DNA from: Candidatus Versatilivorator sp.
GTDB taxonomy: Bacteria > Acidobacteriota > Terriglobia > Versatilivoradales > Versatilivoraceae
DNA: 64,000 bases
Assembly: GCA_965207735.1 (NCBI GenBank)
Contig: OZ242296.1
Coordinates: 5,024,001 to 5,088,000 of the forward strand
Direction of reading: 5' to 3'
This document shows positions 57,428 to 64,000 of this stretch, piece after piece. The position numbers and the translations under genes were made by a program. The notes under the pieces were generated by a model that ran no database searches, was not told where the DNA came from, and saw only the letters and a list, made by a program, of their open reading frames with translations. Numbering within the stretch: the stretch's first letter is position 1; each line of letters begins with the position of its first letter.

Positions 57428-60400
57428 CTACTCCTGGCTGAGGAGGAAAGCGCCGTCGCCGCTACGTTCGCCGGGCCTGCCGCCGTCGTTGATCACGCCA
57501 TAGGCAACGAAGGGATTGTTGCCCGAGACCTTCCTGACCTGAACGTACCCCTGACTGATCTTGCCTAGAATCCCGTTCTCCTGAGTCCAACGGCGGGGAG
57601 CGAGCGTCACGCTTTTCGTTCTCGGTCGGGACTCCCCGCTGCCGTCGTAAATGGTGATCTCGAAAGTGCTGGAGCTGTCGTCGATTTCGCCCGTATTGAC
57701 CAGGGCCAGGTTGCTGCGGTTCTCCGCGTTCTGCTGCAACCCGTAGATCCAGGCGCTCTCCGTTGAAGCCGAGCCATAGGGCACCCCGTTGTAGAAGAGG
57801 CTGTACTGTCCCCCTCTATTGTCCGGAGCCCCCGTCCTCGCTCCGATCACGACCCCGCTCAGGTCGCCCTGGGCCGGTGTGGCGAATAGCGCTCCCACAA
57901 AGGCTCGGTTGGCCTGAACGATTCCCTCCACCTCCCGACGCCGCAGTTCCTCCACGATGTCGGGCAGGATAAGCTGCTGCCCGGCCTCCAGCTCCAGGCT
58001 GAACGTTGCCGTGTCGTCGCCCCTGTCAACCGCATCGGCCACGAAGCTGAATTTGACGGTCTTCTCCGTGACCGAGAAGTTGGTGACGGTCAGCTCGCTC
58101 TGGAAGTTGCCGGTGTCGATGATGACCGGCAGGGTCTGTCCACTCTTGCCCACCAGGGAGGATTCGGTCACCGGAAAGACGAAGGAGCCGTCCGAGTTGA
58201 AATTGTCGTTGATGACCCCGTAAACGTAGAAGGGGGCTGTCCCGCTCACTCGTTCGACCCTTACATAGCCATTTCGGTAACCGGCCGCGTTCAGGACTTG
58301 GTTGTACTGATGGAATCCCCCCGGAGGCAGTCTGCGGTCGGGTAAGACCATGCTCACTCCCGCTGACGCCGCGTCCCCGGAGAAGACCGTCAGCCTCAGG
58401 GTGATGGCTCCGTCGTTTAAGCCTCCGGCGTGCTGAACGGCCAGGTTGGAGCGGTCCTGGCTGTTCTGACGCAATCCGGCAATGACGGCGGAGCCCGTCA
58501 GCAGCCCCCCAGGGCTCAATCCCACGTATGACAAGCCGGCGCGTCCTCGTCCCTCCTCTACCGGAGTGCTGACCCTCAGGGTGACCGCGGCATCCGAAGC
58601 GGAGGAAAGATTGGAGAAATCGACCTGCAGGGTCCCACCCACTGAACCGCCCCCGATGGGAACGCCCAGGGAGGTCAGGTAGGCGATGGCATCGGGAACG
58701 ATCCGTTGCCGGCCGGCTCCCAGGGAATCCATGGCCGTGCCCGTGCCTCCTCCGAAGGCCGCCGTGTAAACGTACCTGATGTCTGCCGTGGTGTTCCCCC
58801 GGTTGGTAAGGGTCATCTCGGAAGTAAAGAAGGAGCCCGCCCGGCCCATGGCCCTCAGTACGATGGGCACGAACAAGCGGCTGTGGCCTCCGCTCGTCAC
58901 GGTGAAGGATTCGGCACTCACCGCCGTCCCGCCCGGCGTGACCACGCTGATCGGTCCGCTGGTGGCATCCGGTGGCGCGAAAGCCAGGATTGTGGAGGCC
59001 GACTGAACCCGGAACTGGAGGCTGCTCACCCCGTTGAACAGGACGGCAGTGGCGCCCAGGAAATGGGCGCCGGTGAGAGTGACCCGGGTTCCCGGCGGAC
59101 CCCATAGTGGATCAAAGCCGGTCACGGTAGGTGGAAGCGCTTTTGACGTGGTCGCCCTGGCCTCGTTGGAGAAGACCGAAGCAGTTATGTCGTTGAAGGC
59201 TTGCAGGCGGTAATGGTAGAGAGTGGTCGGCAACAATCCTTCGTCGGAAAACCGGGTGGCGTTGGCGGGTGCGATTGCGATTTCAACCCAATCCATCGAG
59301 GCTTCTCGCCGTCGCTGTACCCTGAAACCCGTCTCATCGGCGCTGTTGTCCTGCCAGGCCAGGTCGATCCGGGATGAGGAAACCGCCGCGGCTTTCAGGT
59401 TGGTGGGAGGCGGCACCGGGACAACTCGCTTCAAGATTCGAACGCGGTGGTTCAGGGTGTCGGTGATGTAGATATTGCCGGCAGCGTCCACGGCCACGTC
59501 GTGGGGATTCCATAGCTGCGCCTGGACTGCCGGGCCGTTGTCACCGCTGTAGCCCCTTGTATCGGTGCCGGCGATGGTGGTGATGGTCCCGGAGGAATCC
59601 ACCCGGCGGATGCGGTCGTTACCCGTGTCGGCTATGTAGAGGTTTCCCTCGCCGCCCACCGCCACGCCTTGAGGCTCGAACAAAGACGCCTCGACGGCTG
59701 GCCCGCCGTCCCCCGGTCCGTCGCCGTACTCCCCGATCCCGGCGACGGTGGTGATGATTCCGGAGGGATCCACCCGGCGGATGCGGTCGTTACCCAAATC
59801 GGCTATGTAGAGGCTTCCCTCGCCGTCCACCGCCACGCCTCGAGGCCCCTTCAAAGACGCCTCGACGGCCGGCCCGCCGTCCCCCGGTCCGTCGCCGTAC
59901 TCCCCGATCCCGGCGACGGTGGTGATGATTCCGGAGGGATCCACCCGGCGGATGCGGTCGTTACCCAAATCGGCTATGTAGAGGCTTCCCTCGCCGTCCA
60001 CCGCCACGCCTCGAGGCCCCTTCAAAGACGCCTCGACGGCCGGCCCGCCGTCCCCCACATCTGACCCGAATCTCCCTGCGTCCCTCGCGTAAGTGGTGAT
60101 GGTCCCGGAGGGATCCACCCGGCGAACGCTGAATTGGCTGCCAACTGAGAAATAGAGGTTGCCGGTGCGGTCCACGGTCACGCGTTCGGTAGTGCCTATT
60201 GCCGCTTGGACGGCCGGTCCACCATCCCCGCTGGGTCCCTCCTCCCCGGTGCCGGCGAAGGTGGTGATGATTCCCGAGGGATCCACCTGGCGTATGCGGC
60301 GGTTGTTGGAATCGGCGATGTAGAGATTGCCGGCGCGGTCCACGGCCACGCCACGGGGAAATTGTAGCTGTGCCCGGCTTGCCGGGCCGTTGTCACCGCT

Positions 60401-60724
60401 GTAGCCCCTCGTACCGGTTCCAGCGATGGTGGTGATGGTCCCGGAGGGATCCACCCGGCGGATGCGGTGGTTACTGACGTCGGCGATGTAGAGATTGCCG
60501 TCGGGGTCGACAGCCAAGCCGTGAGGTCGGGCCAACTGCGCGTCGACAGCCGGCCCGCCGTCTCCGCTGAAACCGCGCTTTCCGTTCCCGGCGACCGTAT
60601 CAATGGTGTAGTAGACCTCGGATTCCTGTGAATCGTCTTGCGCCCAGCATAGGGGCCCGGCCGCCAACACTGCCAGCATCCCGCACAGGCAGAATTTCAC
60701 CAGCAACAACGTCGACTGTTTCAT
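57428..60724 (-). CDS. Secreted NHL-repeat protein with FN3, IPT/TIG and a duplicated C-terminal module
   Basis: Signal peptide; about 6-7 P.GVAVD..GNLYIAD..N.RIRRVD repeats; FN3 (LAWQDNS..ETGF); IPT (GTRVTLTG.HF); two RSNLA...YGVIND modules. Confidence 0.9.
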   Translation of the reverse strand: MKQSTLLLVKFCLCGMLAVLAAGPLCWAQDDSQESEVYYTIDTVAGNGKRGFSGDGGPAVDAQLARPHGLAVDPDGNLYIADVSNHRIRRVDPSGTITTIAGTGTRGYSGDNGPASRAQLQFPRGVAVDRAGNLYIADSNNRRIRQVDPSGIITTFAGTGEEGPSGDGGPAVQAAIGTTERVTVDRTGNLYFSVGSQFSVRRVDPSGTITTYARDAGRFGSDVGDGGPAVEASLKGPRGVAVDGEGSLYIADLGNDRIRRVDPSGIITTVAGIGEYGDGPGDGGPAVEASLKGPRGVAVDGEGSLYIADLGNDRIRRVDPSGIITTVAGIGEYGDGPGDGGPAVEASLFEPQGVAVGGEGNLYIADTGNDRIRRVDSSGTITTIAGTDTRGYSGDNGPAVQAQLWNPHDVAVDAAGNIYITDTLNHRVRILKRVVPVPPPTNLKAAAVSSSRIDLAWQDNSADETGFRVQRRREASMDWVEIAIAPANATRFSDEGLLPTTLYHYRLQAFNDITASVFSNEARATTSKALPPTVTGFDPLWGPPGTRVTLTGAHFLGATAVLFNGVSSLQFRVQSASTILAFAPPDATSGPISVVTPGGTAVSAESFTVTSGGHSRLFVPIVLRAMGRAGSFFTSEMTLTNRGNTTADIRYVYTAAFGGGTGTAMDSLGAGRQRIVPDAIAYLTSLGVPIGGGSVGGTLQVDFSNLSSASDAAVTLRVSTPVEEGRGRAGLSYVGLSPGGLLTGSAVIAGLRQNSQDRSNLAVQHAGGLNDGAITLRLTVFSGDAASAGVSMVLPDRRLPPGGFHQYNQVLNAAGYRNGYVRVERVSGTAPFYVYGVINDNFNSDGSFVFPVTESSLVGKSGQTLPVIIDTGNFQSELTVTNFSVTEKTVKFSFVADAVDRGDDTATFSLELEAGQQLILPDIVEELRRREVEGIVQANRAFVGALFATPAQGDLSGVVIGARTGAPDNRGGQYSLFYNGVPYGSASTESAWIYGLQQNAENRSNLALVNTGEIDDSSSTFEITIYDGSGESRPRTKSVTLAPRRWTQENGILGKISQGYVQVRKVSGNNPFVAYGVINDGGRPGERSGDGAFLLSQE
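59681..60056. repeat. Near-exact in-frame 171-bp tandem duplication (one NHL repeat)
   Basis: CAAAGACGCCTCGACGGC at 59681, 59852 and 60023; the 57-aa unit is repeated verbatim in the protein. Confidence 0.9.
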
Positions 60725-61168
60725 CGGTTGGTGCCTTTCGCTCGAAGAGGGCGGTGTTGAGGGTTCGTTTCCGCCTTGCCGATGCGGGTGGGTGGACAGG
60801 TGGCAGAATATTGTATCGCGCCTGGATTGGCAAGGGCAGGTGGGAGCGATCGGACCCGCCGTTCAATTGAGAAGACGATGGGCCGCCCGCGAGGGATGCT
60901 TTGGATTGGGTGCTCGCCACTTTCGTGGTTGAGTCGACCAGCGGTTCCCTGTTGGAAATTCGCACGATGGAACCCTCGTCTTTCTACCCTTGTTCCCGGG
61001 TCGGTTTTGTGAATCTCGACCGCCCACCGAGGGCTGTGGCGTTCTTGCCAATACTTCGGCGAGTCGGGCCCAGCGCCCCTCCGGCGTAGGATTGACATTC
61101 CCGGAGAGGAAACATAGGATGGGTGCCCTCGCAAGGCACCTTTTCTTCAAAACTCCAGGAGATTCCCA

Positions 61169-63394
61169 GTGAACCGTCGAGAGTTTTTGGAGGTTTCCGG
61201 GGCCGTGACCGCCTCCGGCGGGCTGGCCTGGGCCTCGCCGGCAGCCGTCGCCCCCGTGAAATCGGGCAAGACCTCCAACTACCATGTGGGCGTGGAGTAC
61301 TACCGCGCCCCCATGCCGCCCATGGAGATGTGGGACGAAGATTTTGCCGCCATCAAGAGGGCCGGCTTCGACTCGGTCCGAAGCTTTACCTCCTGGAACT
61401 GGATAGCTCCGGAACCGGGCAAGATCGAGCTCGGCGACTTCGACCGCATGTTCGAGCTGGCTGCCAAGCACGACTTGAAGGTCATCTTCGACTTCACGCT
61501 GTCGACCCACATGGCCTGTCCCGACTGGATGATGCGCAAGCACCCCGACATGCGGGTGGTCTACCACACCGGGGAGGTGGCCGAGCCCTTTGCCAACTCG
61601 GCCGGCGTGCAGGGAGGCAATCGACACTGCTTCGACCATCCCATGTGGAAGGTTTACGCCGAAGAGGCGCTGCGGGCGGTGGTCAACCGTTACAAGGACT
61701 CGCCGGCCATGGGCATGTGGGTCGTCTGGGACGGTCCCGGGCTTCAGGGGATGGGCAGCGACGTGAACCGGCCCGGCTGGAGTTGTTACTGCGTCCACAC
61801 CCGAGCCAAGTACAAACAGTGGCTGAAGCAGCACTTCACCCTGGAGCAGTTGAGCGAGCGCCTGGGGATGCGATACCGGACCTGGGAGGATGTGGCGGCT
61901 CCGCAGTCCAAGAACCTCCTCATGGCCATGCTGCTGTTCCGGCAGTTTCTCTACGAGAACGTGGCCCAGATCCTGAAATGGCAGGTGGAGATCGTGCGCG
62001 GCCTGGATCCCAAGCATGAGCTTCACAGCCACGGTTTCCGCTACAACAACCCCCTGGACGAGAGATGTGCCCAGGAGTGCGACAGTTGGGGCTTTGCGTC
62101 CCACAGCACCAACCTGTTCGCCAGCGAGGACCCCTATCAGTACAGCAATATCGCCTATGCCAGCCAGTGGTCTCGGGCGGTGGGGAAGAACCACCAGTGG
62201 TGGTACACCGAGATCTATTCGGGGTTCTACCACGGCGGCATGACCTATCGGAAGCAGACACTGCCCGAGGATCTGGCCATGTGTCTGTGGATGGGACTGA
62301 TCTATGGCGCCAAGGGAGCCATCTTCTGGCAGTACCGTCCCGAATACGGCACCCACGAGGCGCCGGGTCTCAACCTGGTGACCATGAGTGGCAAGCCCCT
62401 GCCGCAGCTCAAGGCCATCGAAAAGGCCATCGGGTCCATTCGATCCATCGAGTCCCACCTGCCGCTGAAGATCCCGCGGGCCGAGATAGCCATAGCCTAC
62501 GACAGCGACAACGCCATCATCATGGAGATGGAGAATGCCAAGGGGCAGCAGTTGCGCTTCATCCGCGGCATTCACCGCAGCCTGTGGGAGAACAACATCC
62601 CGGTGGACCTGGTGACCACCCGGATGGACTGGTCGGGCTACAAGCTGGTGTTTCTGCCCAGCCTGATGTTGCTGACCGAGTCGACCATCGACAAGATCCG
62701 CCGGGTCCGGCGGGACCACCCGCAGATCCACCTGTTTGCCGATGGGATCCTGGGGACCAACGCGCCCACCGGAAGGTTCAGCTACAATCCTCCCGAAGGG
62801 CTGACGGAATTGCTGGGGGTCCAGGTGCTGGACTACTCCCGCATCGACGCCCTGGACCTGCGTGAGGGGCGGGACCGGATTCGCACCGATTTCGGGGAAT
62901 TCACCCTCGAGCAGGCTTGCAATTACGCCAGCCTGGAGCCTCAGGGCAAGACGCGTGCCGTTGCCACCTTCGGCAGGGAAGTGGTGGGGGTGCAGACGGC
63001 CGACGGGCGCTTCACCTGGCTGACGGTACCCATTGGAGCCGCCTTCGGGGGGCTTCCCGAATCCGTTCTCAAGGACCTGCCTGCCGGGCATGCCCTGGAC
63101 GGCGTGGCCCCCATGGCCTTGCTGGAACCCTTTCTGGAGGCAGCCGGGGTGCGCCGGCCCCTGTCGACCCAGGGGAGCAAGGTGATTGCCCTGACCCGGG
63201 AGTCGCCGGCCGGCGGCAGCCTGGTGTTCGTCCTCAACCTGGAAAATTCGGTCGCCGATGTGCGCGTGGCTCTGGCGGAGAAGCCGGGCCGGGCCGAGGA
63301 CCTGATCCAAAAGAGCCAATTGAATGTGGCCGACGGCGCTTTCTCGCTTCAGATCCCGCCACGCAGCCTGAAGGTTGTGCATTGCCGGGCTTGA
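61169..63394 (+). CDS. GH42-like beta-galactosidase family protein with a Tat signal
   Basis: NRREFL; GVEYY, W.EDF..IK.AGF, WNWIAPEPG, CYC, WWYTE, GAKGAIFWQYR; trimerisation-like C-terminal region. Confidence 0.82.
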   Translation: MNRREFLEVSGAVTASGGLAWASPAAVAPVKSGKTSNYHVGVEYYRAPMPPMEMWDEDFAAIKRAGFDSVRSFTSWNWIAPEPGKIELGDFDRMFELAAKHDLKVIFDFTLSTHMACPDWMMRKHPDMRVVYHTGEVAEPFANSAGVQGGNRHCFDHPMWKVYAEEALRAVVNRYKDSPAMGMWVVWDGPGLQGMGSDVNRPGWSCYCVHTRAKYKQWLKQHFTLEQLSERLGMRYRTWEDVAAPQSKNLLMAMLLFRQFLYENVAQILKWQVEIVRGLDPKHELHSHGFRYNNPLDERCAQECDSWGFASHSTNLFASEDPYQYSNIAYASQWSRAVGKNHQWWYTEIYSGFYHGGMTYRKQTLPEDLAMCLWMGLIYGAKGAIFWQYRPEYGTHEAPGLNLVTMSGKPLPQLKAIEKAIGSIRSIESHLPLKIPRAEIAIAYDSDNAIIMEMENAKGQQLRFIRGIHRSLWENNIPVDLVTTRMDWSGYKLVFLPSLMLLTESTIDKIRRVRRDHPQIHLFADGILGTNAPTGRFSYNPPEGLTELLGVQVLDYSRIDALDLREGRDRIRTDFGEFTLEQACNYASLEPQGKTRAVATFGREVVGVQTADGRFTWLTVPIGAAFGGLPESVLKDLPAGHALDGVAPMALLEPFLEAAGVRRPLSTQGSKVIALTRESPAGGSLVFVLNLENSVADVRVALAEKPGRAEDLIQKSQLNVADGAFSLQIPPRSLKVVHCRA

Positions 63395-63470
63395 GGCTGC
63401 CGGCGGCCCTGTCTTGAGCGACCGGGTGGCCCGATCGCTCTTGGAAGTCATCCATCAGGAGGAATCATCC

Positions 63471-63956
63471 ATGTTCAAGGTAGAGTTCGGAGTCGTGCAT
63501 CGCGGGTGCCTGGTGAACCAGTTGTCCCGGGCGGTTCCCAGCGTGAGATTCATTTGCCCGGGCGGTTTCATTCTGGGGCCCACCTCGGCGGAAGAGATCC
63601 TGGTTTTGGACGATCCCAGCGAGCAGGAGCTTCAAGCCGTGCTGGACCACCTGGAGAAGGATTCCGGTATCGCCGAGTGCAGCCTGCTGGAACGATCGGG
63701 AGACAAGGCCTTCGTTCGTATCCTGACCTCGGCCAGTCCGGGCGAGGGGTATTGCTCGGAGGTGGTCGCCAGGAACAACGGCTTTCGCATCGGGATGGAA
63801 ATCCAGCAGGGCGGTGTCGAAAAATGGAAGGTCGGCTGCTTTGAACGCGCCAACGCCGAGCAATTGCTGCAGGATCTGGCAAAGCTGGGCGAGATCAAAT
63901 CGCAATCCATCAGTGAAGTGAGCTGGCAGGAACTGCTCGGGCAGGGTCCGGCATGA
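63471..63956 (+). CDS. Hypothetical protein resembling the N-terminal sensor part of Bat/HTH_10 regulators
   Basis: AGGAGG RBS; HRGC..., GGVEKW...L..L..LGEI..SI pattern; no HTH. Confidence 0.6.
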   Translation: MFKVEFGVVHRGCLVNQLSRAVPSVRFICPGGFILGPTSAEEILVLDDPSEQELQAVLDHLEKDSGIAECSLLERSGDKAFVRILTSASPGEGYCSEVVARNNGFRIGMEIQQGGVEKWKVGCFERANAEQLLQDLAKLGEIKSQSISEVSWQELLGQGPA

Positions 63957-64000
63957 GAATCGTCTACTCCAGGGAAGAACCCATCGATCGCAGCGACCCC
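63953..64000 (+). CDS. Start of a downstream CDS (partial)
   Basis: ATGA overlap with the previous stop; MRIVYSREEPIDRSDP stays open to the window edge. Confidence 0.45.
   Translation, partial: MRIVYSREEPIDRSDP

Noticed and set aside
60863-63451. 862-aa minus-strand ORF (similarly 20768..22423, 22424..23827, 54022..55230 and 19707..20972)
   Set aside because: Antisense shadows of clear genes in high-GC DNA.

Overview
GC-rich bacterial DNA. The Oar-type TonB receptor, DUF1501/PSCyt pair and NHL-repeat proteins suggest an Acidobacteriota-like genome, possibly host-associated (inference). The backbone carries carbohydrate-uptake, oxidoreductase and envelope genes. Three accessory layers stand out. 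(1) A ~19.4-kb tyrosine-integrase island (about 28433-47864) carries a translationally coupled operon that joins an SspABCD-type phosphorothioation module (cysteine desulfurase, DUF4007, ATPase, PAPS reductase) to a PbeABCD-type effector module (PLD-helicase, small protein, SMC-like ATPase, small protein). This pairing differs from the characterised ones, and the helicase is interrupted by two IS elements. (2) Two copies (2008-4711 and 48668-51371) of a nested composite: an IS1182 element abuts a ~243-bp MITE whose left terminal inverted repeat is split by an ORF-less group II intron. The intron's EBS1 and EBS2 are complementary to that inverted repeat. (3) Small intergenic repeat families, including three ~153-bp elements with 27-bp inverted repeats of 9-nt period that look like internally deleted GxxExxY cassettes. 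I saw no rRNA, tRNA or CRISPR array. All family assignments come from motif recognition by eye, not database searches.
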